Position numbers and translations under genes: made by a program. DNA of 64,000 nucleotides from Planctomycetota bacterium (lineage in GTDB: Bacteria; Planctomycetota; Planctomycetia; Pirellulales; Lacipirellulaceae): positions 64,001 through 128,000 of the forward strand of contig JBCCXZ010000002.1 of NCBI GenBank assembly GCA_039190745.1, read 5' to 3'. Every line of letters starts with the position of its first letter. Positions within the stretch are counted from its first letter, which is position 1. The notes under the pieces are model-generated. The model was not told the origin of the DNA and made no database searches. It saw nothing but the letters and a program-made list of their open reading frames with translations. Positions 49,552-59,938 of this stretch are shown in pieces.

Positions 49552-50910
49552 TTACTTGTCGAGGAACTTCAACACGTCGTCGTACAGACCGCCTTGATTG
49601 GAGTAAAGCGCGTAGTTGCGGGCGGAAGAGAACCACTCCTCGGTCGTCGGCTTGTGGCGTTTTGCGGCCTTCTGGAGTTCTTTGCCGGTGATCGGCTCGG
49701 GCTTGCCGGTGCGGATGGCCTCGGTGAGTTTCTGTTCGACCGCGATATCGACCAAGGCCTTGAGGTCGGCGCCCGAGTAGCGGGGAGTCTTCTTGGCGAG
49801 GTAGTTGTGGTCGAGGTCGCGCACCGGCTTGCCGGCGCAGTGCAGGCGGAGGATCTCGGCACGAGCGGGCTCGTCCGGCGGCGGAACGAAGAGCACCCGG
49901 TCGAAACGCCCGGGCCTGCGGAAGGCGGGGTCGACGTGCCACGGTGCGTTGGTGGCGGCCAGCACGAGCACGCCCTCGTTCGAGTGCTCGACCCCGTCGA
50001 GTTCCGAGAGGAATTGGTTAATCAACTGCCGGGCGGAGCCGCTCTGCATGTCGCTCCGTCGCCCGCCCAACGCGTCGACCTCGTCGAAGAACAATACGCA
50101 GGGCGTGTTCTCGCGAGCCTGCTGGAACACTTGGTGGAGCTTCTGTTCGCTGCTGCCCATCCACATATCGAGCACGTCGCTGACGCCGATCGAGATAAAC
50201 CCGGCGCCAATCTCGCCCGCGGTCGCCCGGGCGAGGTAGGTCTTGCCGCACCCCGGCGGGCCGTACGTCATGATCCCGCCGCCGATGGTCTTGCCGTACG
50301 CGCTGTAGATCTCCGGGTGTTCTAGCGGGTAGAGGATCTTGACGCGGATCTCTTCTTTAATCTCTTCCATGCCGCCGACGTCGTCGAAGCCGATCCGGGG
50401 GCGCTCGATCTCCGTGTCGGCGTGCCGAGCACCTTGGCCGGCTCCGGCGTGACGGACGCGGCCCTCGAAGACCTCCGACTCTTCGCCCACTTCCTCCCCC
50501 GCAGGCGCAAATCCGAGCCGCTCGTTAAGCTCACTGTCCTCCACGCGCGGGTCAATCTCGAGCGCGTGCTTGTAGTGGGCCACGGCGTCAGAGACCCGGT
50601 TTTCTCTCAGGCAAACGCGGGCGTAGAGCAGGCAAGCCTCGGCCGACACGCCGCGGCTCTCCAGCAGCGACTCAAGGATCGCGGCGGCCTCGCTCTCACG
50701 GGAGTCTTGAAAATAGGCATCGGCCAACTGGACTTTAATCTGCTGGCTGCCAGGCTCGAACTCAAGCAGGATACGGAGTTCTTCGACCGCCTCTTCAAAA
50801 CGGCTCAGTGAAGCCAGGGTCTCGGCCAGGTGCCGCCGCAGGGGCAGGTTGTCCGGCGAAACGGCGAGCGCCGCTCGGAGCGCCTCAACGGCGTCTGGGG
50901 GAGAAGGCAT
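49552..50910 (-). CDS. AAA family ATPase with N-terminal TPR region
   Basis: FDDVGGM, GPPGCGKT, FFDEVD, ATNAPWHVDPAFRRPGRFDR, YSGADL. Confidence 0.92.
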   Translation of the reverse strand: MPSPPDAVEALRAALAVSPDNLPLRRHLAETLASLSRFEEAVEELRILLEFEPGSQQIKVQLADAYFQDSRESEAAAILESLLESRGVSAEACLLYARVCLRENRVSDAVAHYKHALEIDPRVEDSELNERLGFAPAGEEVGEESEVFEGRVRHAGAGQGARHADTEIERPRIGFDDVGGMEEIKEEIRVKILYPLEHPEIYSAYGKTIGGGIMTYGPPGCGKTYLARATAGEIGAGFISIGVSDVLDMWMGSSEQKLHQVFQQARENTPCVLFFDEVDALGGRRSDMQSGSARQLINQFLSELDGVEHSNEGVLVLAATNAPWHVDPAFRRPGRFDRVLFVPPPDEPARAEILRLHCAGKPVRDLDHNYLAKKTPRYSGADLKALVDIAVEQKLTEAIRTGKPEPITGKELQKAAKRHKPTTEEWFSSARNYALYSNQGGLYDDVLKFLDK

Positions 50911-51026
50911 GGTTCCGGGCTGGAAAGGCGCATGGTCTCGGGATGAAACAACAGCCTAGGGCATGCGGCAGGCTGGTCAATGCGTACGAAGAAGTTACCA
51001 GCAGCAAGAGCAATACATCGCCCTAC

Positions 51027-52616
51027 TCACTCGCTGACGATTTCCATCAACGCCTGCCCGACCTCGGTGGCGTGCATCAGGCCGTGGAACTTTGCCTGGG
51101 CCTCGGCCGGGCCGCAGGCGGCTAGGGGCACCGGCGTCGAGGTGTGCGAACCGGTACTCCACGTGATACTCTGCCGCGGTCCGAGGATGTGGCCCAGGTT
51201 GTTCATGCGGAGGTTCTCGCCGTAGACGAAAAACTCCGGGATGCCGCCGTAGATGTCCGGCACCGTTTCTGTGCCGAGGTAGCGGTGGCCCTCAACGTAT
51301 TGCCGGTTCTCGGTGCGCCTCAGGATGCGTTCGGCCTCGGCCTCGGTGATATCGACAGGCAGTGCGGCGTTGGCCAGCTTGGCGAGGCTTGACGGCGTCT
51401 GCTCCGCTTCGTCTAGCGCGTCGAACGCCATAAACACCTGGAAGAAGCTTTGCTTCTGGTCATAGATGAGGGCGAGCGACTCGCGGCTGCCGAAGTTGAA
51501 CAGCGGCCTGTGCAGCTCGCCCGCGAAAGCCTTGCCCGGCAGCGGCTTGGGGTTGGGGATGCCCGTGCCGGAGTAGCTGAAGCCGAAGCCGCCCGTCTCG
51601 TGGTCGGCGGTCACGACCACCAGTGTGTCGTCGCGGTTCTTGGCCCATTCATAAGCAACACGCACCGCGCGGTCGAACCGCAGCAGCTCGTGCAGAAGCG
51701 TGCCGGCGTCGTTGTTATGGCCAGCCCAGTCGATCTGGCCGCCCTCGATCAGCAGGAAGAATCCGTCGGGGTCAACGGAAAGCGCGTCGATCGCCGCGGC
51801 GGTCATCTCCGCGAGCGTCGGCTGCGTGCGGCCGTGGGAGTCGCGCTGGGCGCGCTCGGTCATCGCGTCCTGCATCTCGGAGACGGCGAACAGCCCGAGC
51901 AGCGGCCCCGGCGTACCGGCAGCCATCGACTCGCGATCGAACACTAAGCTGTAGCCCGCTTGGCGGGCCTCCAGCAGGAGGTTGCGGTTGTCTTGGCGCT
52001 TAGACGTGATCCGCCCAGTCCACCCGGTAAGCTGACGGACGGAGTCCTGCGTCGGGCCCTCGCTGGCCGCATCGGCGGGGACCCAATTGCGGAGGCCGCC
52101 GCCCATGAGCACGTCGACTCGATTTTCGAGTATGTCGACGGCGATCTCGTTCTCCATCGTGCGGTGCCGCTGGTGCGCGGCGAACGCGGCGGGCGTCGCG
52201 TGGGTGATACGGGTGTCGGTCACCAATCCGGCAGACTTACCCAGGCGCTTGGCCCGCTCGACGACGGTCTCCGCGGCGTTGCCCTCGGCGTCGATGCCGA
52301 TCATCTCGCTGCCGGCGGGCTTGCCCGTGGCGAGCTGCGTGGCGGCGGCGGCGGAGTCGGCCACCAGCCCGCTGGTGTCCGTCCGGACCAACGCGAGCGT
52401 GCCGCCCTGGATCACCCGTTCGATGGCGGGCAGCCGGTCGGGCACCTCGCACTCTTCAGCGAGGTGGGCGTACATCGACAACAGCCCCAACTGCTGGGGG
52501 CCCATGCCGTCGCCGATAAACAGAATGACGTTACGCGCTTTGGTGCTTTCCGCCGAGACGGGGCCGCTTGCCAGCATCGCTGCGGCCCAACAAACAATAA
52601 AGAACAAGCGGAGCAT
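51027..52616 (-). CDS. Alkaline phosphatase (PhoA-type)
   Basis: NVILFIGDGMG, DSAAAATQLATG, THATPAAF, EGGQIDWAGHNND, TADHETGG; signal peptide. Confidence 0.93.
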   Translation of the reverse strand: MLRLFFIVCWAAAMLASGPVSAESTKARNVILFIGDGMGPQQLGLLSMYAHLAEECEVPDRLPAIERVIQGGTLALVRTDTSGLVADSAAAATQLATGKPAGSEMIGIDAEGNAAETVVERAKRLGKSAGLVTDTRITHATPAAFAAHQRHRTMENEIAVDILENRVDVLMGGGLRNWVPADAASEGPTQDSVRQLTGWTGRITSKRQDNRNLLLEARQAGYSLVFDRESMAAGTPGPLLGLFAVSEMQDAMTERAQRDSHGRTQPTLAEMTAAAIDALSVDPDGFFLLIEGGQIDWAGHNNDAGTLLHELLRFDRAVRVAYEWAKNRDDTLVVVTADHETGGFGFSYSGTGIPNPKPLPGKAFAGELHRPLFNFGSRESLALIYDQKQSFFQVFMAFDALDEAEQTPSSLAKLANAALPVDITEAEAERILRRTENRQYVEGHRYLGTETVPDIYGGIPEFFVYGENLRMNNLGHILGPRQSITWSTGSHTSTPVPLAACGPAEAQAKFHGLMHATEVGQALMEIVSE

Positions 52617-52747
52617 GGCTGCGGATGAACAGGTCTGAAGCAAATCGGCGGGCAGGCGTTGTTCGTTGGCGGCAGCGCAGTATAGCCGGAGGCGGGTCCG
52701 GAATCTGCCACCCTCCCCTCAAGAAGCTCTACCCTCTGGATGCGGCT

Positions 52748-54085
52748 TCAGTCCTCCCTAATGCGGGCCAGAAAGAGTAGGGACACCAACCGCAATGCAA
52801 CACCGATCAAGATCAACAGCGAAAGGTGATCGAGGATGAACTCGGTCCCGCCGCCGAGTTGTACGGCTATGGGCGTGAACGAGGTTTTTAGCCAGTCGAC
52901 CAACTGCCCCCCGACGACCGAAGTGAGCCCGTACACAAGCTTGGTCCAGGCAAACCAAGCGGCGACGTATGCCGCGGAAAACTGGGGCTGCGCGAGCCGG
53001 AGCATCAAGTGAGGCATCCCGACATTGATCCCCGCGTAGGCGATCCACAACACGTAGGCGACGGCGATCCACCACCAACGCCGCTCTGTTGCGGGCAGGT
53101 AGCACGCCAGCCCGAGGGCCACCAATGCCTGGCAAACCAGCATCGGCCGGACGGCCCCGACCCGATCGATCAGCCGGCCCACCCGAGGCATCACCGCGGT
53201 TTGGGCGGCCTTCATCGATGTATCGATCGTGCGGAAGGTCCAGTAATCCAGTTTCACGACGCCGATCTGGTAGAAGTACTGAGCCGAACTTGTGACGCCG
53301 TTAGAGAACGAAAACCAACCGCCGTAGGCGAGCAGCCTCCAGAAGTGCCGGTCCCTAAACGGCAACAGGATCTCGCGGAGCCGCTGGTCGAGGGACCGCT
53401 GCCCCACGGCGGTGGGCGAGGCGATCTCACGCATCGCAGCCAGCGGGGCCACCGAAGCCAAAACAAGGAGCGTGCCGAACACCATACACAGGGCGTAAGC
53501 GTCGTTCTTGGCGCCCGTCGTTGCGGCGTCGATGCCGAACCACTGCGGCTGGGCGGTGACCGCGATCCCCAGGAGCGTGCCGAGCACGCGCCCGGCATTC
53601 ATCCAAGCGGTCCGCCGGCCGATGTACCGCCCCCGGACCGCCGCGGGGACGAGGTCGGCAATCCACGACCAGAGGGCGACCACCCCGAAGAACTCCGTCA
53701 GGTGGTAGAGCGTCCACACCACGATCAACGCGGCGAGCAGAACGCCTTCGTCCAGCAAGGCGCGTGAAAGGTAGACCGCTGGCAAACAACCGAGCAGCAG
53801 CCCGCTCGCACCAAACGCGGTGAGGCAGAACAGCCGGCGGTTGCCGAGGCGGTCCTGCAAGACGGGCGCAAACAACCGGAGCACGCCGACCAACTGCGGC
53901 GAAGCGATGATCAGCCCGATCGCCAAACCAGAGGCGCCCTGCGAGCGGGCGAAGTAGATAATCAGCGCACTGCCGACCAGGCCGTTGCCGATGCCCCACA
54001 AGCCGGCATTGGCGTAGCTGAGCGCGATATCCCGGCGCCGCCAAGCGGCGGTACGGCGGGGGGCGTTTGGCGCTGGTGCGTTCAT
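52748..54085 (-). CDS. MFS transporter
   Basis: About 12 hydrophobic segments; WIADLVP..RGRYIG.R, GRLIDRVG. Confidence 0.85.
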   Translation of the reverse strand: MNAPAPNAPRRTAAWRRRDIALSYANAGLWGIGNGLVGSALIIYFARSQGASGLAIGLIIASPQLVGVLRLFAPVLQDRLGNRRLFCLTAFGASGLLLGCLPAVYLSRALLDEGVLLAALIVVWTLYHLTEFFGVVALWSWIADLVPAAVRGRYIGRRTAWMNAGRVLGTLLGIAVTAQPQWFGIDAATTGAKNDAYALCMVFGTLLVLASVAPLAAMREIASPTAVGQRSLDQRLREILLPFRDRHFWRLLAYGGWFSFSNGVTSSAQYFYQIGVVKLDYWTFRTIDTSMKAAQTAVMPRVGRLIDRVGAVRPMLVCQALVALGLACYLPATERRWWWIAVAYVLWIAYAGINVGMPHLMLRLAQPQFSAAYVAAWFAWTKLVYGLTSVVGGQLVDWLKTSFTPIAVQLGGGTEFILDHLSLLILIGVALRLVSLLFLARIRED

Positions 54086-54149
54086 GCGGGCAAGCGTAGG
54101 CCCGCCGCACGGAAGCCACAAGCGTTTGCCGAGGCCTGTCTGAGATCAA

Positions 54150-55064
54150 TCAGCTCAGCCGATCGACCGCCGCGGCCAACGCGTGTTCGCCCTCGCCGGC
54201 CCACCACGCATGGAAATCCGTCGCCAACGCCTCGGCGCGGGCGGATTCAGAAACGATCTCCGCCGCGAGGAGCGCCGCGTCGGCGTCCGCAGACATGCCG
54301 CCAATCCACCGCTGGTAGTGCGCTTGGGCGGTCGCGTGGTCGTTGATGGCACCGAGGCGATTCTGAAGAGCCTTGGTTGCCGAGGCCGCGGCCTCGCGTG
54401 CTTCTTCTGCGAGCTCCGAATCGAACAGCTCCAGCGTGTACCGCAGCCGCTTCCCGGCGATCCTGAGCTGGTGCAGCTCGTGCCAGCCCGAGAGGTCGGC
54501 CTGAGAAGCAACCCGGAAGCGATCCGCCGCGTCCTCGACCGTCGACCCGGCAAACTCACCGAACGCGGTTGAAGATTCATCAGGGGAATTCAGCAGGGCG
54601 ACCGCGTCTCGCAACGCCGCCCGGAGCCGTTTCGATCTCCGCTTGGTCGCCGCACTGCACAACGCCCGCTGGGCGTCGTCCCTCTGAGCACGTAGCCTCG
54701 GCCCGGCAATACGGTCGACAAACGGCTCGCCTGCCCGTTCGGCAAGCCGCAGCCAAAGCACGTCCGCGTCGCGAGCGGGCCCGGCTGCCCGGCGGATGTT
54801 CCGCAACGCCTTTTTCGCATCAGAGGGTTTGCGCTCCATGAGCGGCGAAAAAGCGGCCAACGCCGCGCCGGCCCGACGCGTGGCGACGCGGAGACGGTGG
54901 ACGTGCTCGATGTCGCCGTCCGGGTCCTCCGCGGCAAGCGGCAACAGACCGATCACCTGCTTGAAACGCTTTTTCAGCAACGATCGAGCCGCAGCGGCGG
55001 CCGGGAGAAGTTGCAACTCCAGATCAGTCGCGACGGGATCGGCGGTATTAGAACTGCGGGGCAT
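54150..55064 (-). CDS. CHAD domain protein
   Basis: VHRLRVATRR, RDADV, LHQLRIAGKRLRYTLE, QNRLGAIND. Confidence 0.9.
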   Translation of the reverse strand: MPRSSNTADPVATDLELQLLPAAAAARSLLKKRFKQVIGLLPLAAEDPDGDIEHVHRLRVATRRAGAALAAFSPLMERKPSDAKKALRNIRRAAGPARDADVLWLRLAERAGEPFVDRIAGPRLRAQRDDAQRALCSAATKRRSKRLRAALRDAVALLNSPDESSTAFGEFAGSTVEDAADRFRVASQADLSGWHELHQLRIAGKRLRYTLELFDSELAEEAREAAASATKALQNRLGAINDHATAQAHYQRWIGGMSADADAALLAAEIVSESARAEALATDFHAWWAGEGEHALAAAVDRLS

Positions 55065-55211
55065 CGGCTCATACTTCTCTACGGGCCTGTCCGTTCGTCG
55101 GAACCCGCCGTCGGTTCCGTGCCGCACTGGCAACGACTCGTTGCCCCAGTATACGATAGGCGTTGTTCCGCGGCTCCAGCCGCTGCCGGTTCGGACAACG
55201 GGGATCGTATT

Positions 55212-56582
55212 TTGATCTGCTCGGTTTCAAAAAACTCTGCCGGCAACCTGTTGGTTCGCCGAGCACTCCTGGTCTTGGTTGCAAGCTGCGTTCTTGCCCC
55301 GGTCGGTTGCGGTCGGCTCGGCGGCCCCGCCAATGAGTACCAAGCCCCCCCGCCGCCGACGGTTACGGTGCAGCTCCCCATCGCCAAACCCGTAGCCGAA
55401 GTGCTTGAGTGGACCGGCAACACCAGCCCGGTCGAGCAGGTCGATGTCCGGGCACGCGTGGAAGGCTTCCTGGAGAGTATCGAGTTCCGCGAGGGCGAGG
55501 ACGTTGAAGAGGGAGAGCTGCTGTTCGTGATCGACCCGCGGCCGTTCCAGGCAACGCTCAACGGGGCTCGGGCCTCGCAGGCGTTGGCCGAGGCCACGTT
55601 GGAAGACTCCAGAGCCGGGGTCGAACGGGCCAAGGCAAACGTCATCAACGCCGAGAGCCAGTACCGCCGCGCCGTGCAGGCGGGGCCGGCGATCTCCCCG
55701 GCGGAGGTCGACGAGCTCCGCGCCGAACGCGACTCGGCCAACGCCAACTACCAGGCGGCCGAGGCTTCCGTAGAGTCGGCAAAGGCGCAGATCCTGGCCG
55801 CGAAGGCGGCGGTCGAACAAGCCGAGCTCGACCTCGATTACACACAGGTTAAGGCCCCCATCAGCGGCCGCGTCGGCCGACGGATGGTCGACGTCGGCAA
55901 CCTAGTGGGTAGTTCCGAGCCGACGCTGCTCACGCAGATCGTCAAGTACGAACCGATCTACGCCTACTTTTCGATGAGCGAAGCCGAGCTGCTTCAATGG
56001 ATCGAGCACTCGCGTCAGAACGGAAACGAGTCGAACCCCAGCGAAGAGGCTACCGGCGACAAGCCCATGTGGCTCGGCTTGGCCAACGAAGACGGGTACC
56101 CCCATGAAGGAAGATACGATTTCGCCGACCTGACGGTGGACCAAGACACAGGCACCTTCATGGTGCGGGCGGTGTTCGATAACCCCAACCGCAACATCCC
56201 GCCCGGGGCGTTTGCCCGGCTGCAGGTATCGCTCGACGAGACGCCCGCGCTGCTGGTGCCCCAGGTGGCGGTCAGCCGTGACCAAAGCGGACCCTACTTG
56301 CTGACCGTCAACAGCAAGAACATCGTCGAACGGCGGAACGTCGAACTCGGCCGCGTGCTGGACAATATGCAGGTTGTTGTCTCGGGCCTGTTTGAGGACG
56401 ACCGAGTAATTGTGAACGGCGTGCAGCGGGCCCGCCCGAGCAGCCCGGTCACCCCGCAGACGCAGGACGCATCCGGGAATCCCGCGGCGGGCCAGCCGTC
56501 GGGGCAACCCACGTCGGGGCGCCCGGAGTCCGGCGAACCCGCGCCCGCGGACCAAACCCCGGCCGCACAGCCCGACGCCTAA
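55212..56582 (+). CDS. RND efflux periplasmic adaptor subunit (lipoprotein)
   Basis: VGC lipobox, VDVRARVEG, LFVIDPRP, APISGRVG, G.F.VRA.F.NP. Start approximate (TTG). Confidence 0.9.
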   Translation: MICSVSKNSAGNLLVRRALLVLVASCVLAPVGCGRLGGPANEYQAPPPPTVTVQLPIAKPVAEVLEWTGNTSPVEQVDVRARVEGFLESIEFREGEDVEEGELLFVIDPRPFQATLNGARASQALAEATLEDSRAGVERAKANVINAESQYRRAVQAGPAISPAEVDELRAERDSANANYQAAEASVESAKAQILAAKAAVEQAELDLDYTQVKAPISGRVGRRMVDVGNLVGSSEPTLLTQIVKYEPIYAYFSMSEAELLQWIEHSRQNGNESNPSEEATGDKPMWLGLANEDGYPHEGRYDFADLTVDQDTGTFMVRAVFDNPNRNIPPGAFARLQVSLDETPALLVPQVAVSRDQSGPYLLTVNSKNIVERRNVELGRVLDNMQVVVSGLFEDDRVIVNGVQRARPSSPVTPQTQDASGNPAAGQPSGQPTSGRPESGEPAPADQTPAAQPDA

Positions 56583-56609
56583 AGGCCTCACCGAGTACCC
56601 CCGGTCCGC

Positions 56610-59600
56610 ATGCTCTCACGCTTCTTCATCCACCGCCCGATCGCCGCCTCGGTGATCTCGATCATCATCGTGATCGCCGGAGCCTCGTCGCAGGTGGGGC
56701 TCCCGGTCTCGAAGTTCCCCGACGTCACTCCCCCCACGGTCCAGGTCACCTGCTTCTACCCAGGGGCGAACGCCCAGGTGGTCGCCGAGACGGTCGCGGC
56801 GCCGATCGAGCAGGAAGTTAACGGCGTCGAGGATATGCTTTATATGTCGTCGGTGAGCGCCGACGACGGCTCGTACACGCTCACCGTGACGTTCGCGATC
56901 GGCACCGACACCGACTTCGCCCAGGTGCTGGTGCAAAACCGGGTGTCGATCGCCGAGCCGAAGGTACCCGAAGAGGTACGCCGCCAGGGCATCACCACCA
57001 AGAAGCAGTCGACCAGTGTGATCCAGTACATCGCACTGACCTCGCCGGACGAGCGTTACGACTCGCTGTTCCTCAGCAACTACGCCACGATCTACATCAA
57101 AGACGAGCTCAGCCGCATCCCCGGCGTGGGCTCGGTGACCATTTTTGGTTCGGACGACTACAGCATGCGGGTGTGGCTCGACCCGCGCAAGCTCAAATCG
57201 CGCCGCCTCACCACAGAGGACGTGGTCAACGCAATCAGCGAGCAGAACGTTCAGGTAGCGGCCGGGCGGATCGGCGAGCCGCCCGCGGCGGAGGGGGGTT
57301 CGCTCCCGCCGACGCAGCTAGTGGTCAACACGCTGGGCCGGCTCAAGGACCCCCAGCAGTTTGCAAACATCATCATCAAGACCGCCGACGGCACGCGCAT
57401 CACTCGGGTCAAAGATGTCGCCCGGGTCGAAGAGGGTGCCAAGACCTACAACCGGTCGGCCTCGCTCGACGGCCAGCCCGCCGCGATCCTGTCGGTCTAC
57501 CAGCTCCCCGGCGCCAACGCCCTCGACGTGGCCGACCTGGTCGAAAAGAAGCTGGCCGAGCTCACAAGAGCCTTCCCCGAGGGGATGGAGTACAAGATCC
57601 CGTTCGACACCACGCGGTTTGTGACCGCCTCGGTGCAAGAGGTCTACACCACGCTGATCCAGGCGGTGGCGTTGGTGGTGCTCGTGATCTTCGTCTTCCT
57701 GCAAGACTGGCGTGCGACCATCGTGCCGGTCGCCGCGATCCCCGTCGCACTCATCGGAACGTTCGCCGTAATGGCCGGGCTGGGCTTCTCGATCAATATG
57801 CTCACGCTGTTCGGTATCGTGCTCGCGATCGGCGTCGTAGTCGACGACGCGATCGTGGTCGTAGAGAACTGTGCGCGGCACCTTGACGACGGGCTCTCCT
57901 CAAAGGCGGCTGCCGAGAAGGCGATGGAAGAAATCACTGGGCCGGTGATTGCCACAAGCCTCGTGCTGCTGGCCGTATTCGTGCCCACCGCGTTCATGGG
58001 CGGCATCACTGGCCAGCTTTACCGGCAGTTCGCGCTCACCATCTCCGCGGCGGTGACAATCAGCACGATCAACGCCCTGACCCTCAGCCCTGCGTTGTGC
58101 GGCATCCTCATGCGGCAGACGCCCAAGCCCGAAGACCGCAACATCTTCTTCCGGGCATTCAACGCGGTGTTCGACCGGGTCACCTCGATCTACGGCAAGG
58201 TGATCGGGCTGGTGGTCCGCCGCGCGGCGATCGGGATGCTGCTATTTTTTGCGCTCGTCTGGCTCACCGGCTGGACCTTCGGCCAGCTGCCCACAGGCTT
58301 CCTGCCGACCGAAGACCAGGGCTACGCTCTGGTGAATATCCAGCTCCCCGACGGCGCCTCGCTTGAGCGGACCGAGGCCGTGCAGCGCGAGCTCGACAAG
58401 CTGTTCGCCAGGACCGAAGGGGTCGAGACGTGGGTCTCGATCACGGGCTTCTCGATCCTCACGGGCACCAACGGCTCGAACGCCGGGCTCGTGGCGGTGG
58501 TGTTCGACCCCTGGGAAGAGCGGCAGACGCCAGACCTCTCGCAAGAAGCAATCCTCGGCAAGCTATTCGCTGGATTCAACGAAATCCAAGAGGCGATCAT
58601 CTTCGGCTTCTTCCCGCCGGCGATTGACGGGCTGGGCACCGCCGGAGGGTTCCAGGTCCAGCTGCAAGACAAGGGCGACCTCGGATTGGAGCAGCTCCAG
58701 AACCTCACCACCGAGATGATCGACACCGGCAACGGCCAAACCGGTCTTCAGGCGCTCAACACCACGTTCCGGGCGAGCATGCCGCAGCTGTTCGTTGACG
58801 TCGACCGCACCAAAGTCAAAACGCTGGAAGTGCCTCTCAGCTCGGTGTTCAACACGCTGCAGGCGTACCTCGGCTCGACCTACGTGAACGACTTCAACAA
58901 GTTCGGCCGGACCTACCAGGTGCGCGTCCAGGCCGACAGCCAGTTCCGCACCCAGCCCGACGACATCGAGCAACTCGACGTGCGCAACGCCGACGGCGAC
59001 ATGCTGCCGCTGGGAACGGTGCTGACGGTTGAAGACACGCTCGGGCCGCAGATCGTGCAGCGCTACAACCTGTATCCGTCGTCGCAGATCAACGGCTCGC
59101 CCGCGCCCGGCAAGAGCTCTGGCGAGGCCATCGAGCTGATGGAGCAGATGGCCGACCAGATCTTGCCGACCTCGATGGGCTACGAGTGGACCGGTATGTC
59201 GTACCAAGAGAAGCTGGTCAGCGGCGGGCAGTACGGCGTCTTCGTACTCGCAGTGGTGCTGGTGTTCCTGGTGCTCGCCTTCCAGTACGAGAGCTGGACC
59301 AGCCCCGCTGCGGTGATCTCGGTTGTCCCGCTAGCGGCCCTCGGCGTGGTGGCGGCCCTCATGCTCCGCGGCATGGACAACAACGTGTACACGCAGATCG
59401 GTATCGTGCTGCTGGTTGCGCTCGCGAGCAAGAACGCAATCCTGATCGTTGAGTTCGCCAGCGAGCAGCGGCGGGCAGGCAAGACAATCCGCGAGGCGGC
59501 AGCGGCGGCGGCAGAGCTCCGCTTCCGCGCGATCCTGATGACCGCCTTCTCGTCGATCCTGGGCTTCGCCCCGCTGCTGGTCTCGAAAGGCGCCGGGGCG

Positions 59601-59816
59601 GCGAGCCGGCAGGCGGTCGGCACCGCTGTGGTCGGCGGGATGAGCGCCGCGACGGTGTTCGCCGTGCTGTTCGTGCCGGTGTTCTTCGTCGTCTGGCGGA
59701 GTATCGGCGAGTGGGGCGGCGGCGCCGAGAAGGGGGCCGACCTCAAACAGGTGCCCACGAAGTCACCCCCGACCGATCCGGTCGCATCAAAAACGACTGC
59801 CCCGAAACCGACCTAG
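56610..59816 (+). CDS. RND efflux permease, HAE1 family
   Basis: FFIHRPI, IGVVVDDAIVVVEN, ASKNAILIVEFA, RFRAILMT; proton-relay residues present. Confidence 0.95.
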   Translation: MLSRFFIHRPIAASVISIIIVIAGASSQVGLPVSKFPDVTPPTVQVTCFYPGANAQVVAETVAAPIEQEVNGVEDMLYMSSVSADDGSYTLTVTFAIGTDTDFAQVLVQNRVSIAEPKVPEEVRRQGITTKKQSTSVIQYIALTSPDERYDSLFLSNYATIYIKDELSRIPGVGSVTIFGSDDYSMRVWLDPRKLKSRRLTTEDVVNAISEQNVQVAAGRIGEPPAAEGGSLPPTQLVVNTLGRLKDPQQFANIIIKTADGTRITRVKDVARVEEGAKTYNRSASLDGQPAAILSVYQLPGANALDVADLVEKKLAELTRAFPEGMEYKIPFDTTRFVTASVQEVYTTLIQAVALVVLVIFVFLQDWRATIVPVAAIPVALIGTFAVMAGLGFSINMLTLFGIVLAIGVVVDDAIVVVENCARHLDDGLSSKAAAEKAMEEITGPVIATSLVLLAVFVPTAFMGGITGQLYRQFALTISAAVTISTINALTLSPALCGILMRQTPKPEDRNIFFRAFNAVFDRVTSIYGKVIGLVVRRAAIGMLLFFALVWLTGWTFGQLPTGFLPTEDQGYALVNIQLPDGASLERTEAVQRELDKLFARTEGVETWVSITGFSILTGTNGSNAGLVAVVFDPWEERQTPDLSQEAILGKLFAGFNEIQEAIIFGFFPPAIDGLGTAGGFQVQLQDKGDLGLEQLQNLTTEMIDTGNGQTGLQALNTTFRASMPQLFVDVDRTKVKTLEVPLSSVFNTLQAYLGSTYVNDFNKFGRTYQVRVQADSQFRTQPDDIEQLDVRNADGDMLPLGTVLTVEDTLGPQIVQRYNLYPSSQINGSPAPGKSSGEAIELMEQMADQILPTSMGYEWTGMSYQEKLVSGGQYGVFVLAVVLVFLVLAFQYESWTSPAAVISVVPLAALGVVAALMLRGMDNNVYTQIGIVLLVALASKNAILIVEFASEQRRAGKTIREAAAAAAELRFRAILMTAFSSILGFAPLLVSKGAGAASRQAVGTAVVGGMSAATVFAVLFVPVFFVVWRSIGEWGGGAEKGADLKQVPTKSPPTDPVASKTTAPKPT

Positions 59817-59821
59817 CAGAG

Positions 59822-59870
59822 AAAACCGCAGAGCCCCGACCGACATGCGGCCGGGGCTGGTTGCGGTTTC
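59822..59870. terminator. Long hairpin between convergent genes (probable terminator)
   Basis: AAACCGCA..AGCCCCGACCG-ACATG-CGGCCGGGGCT..TGCGGTTT immediately after the RND stop codon. Confidence 0.6.
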
Positions 59871-59938
59871 GCGGGCCTTCGCCAGGTGTTTCCCCACCCG
59901 TCGCTTCGTTGCGCGCTTCAGATTCTCCGTATCTGTGG

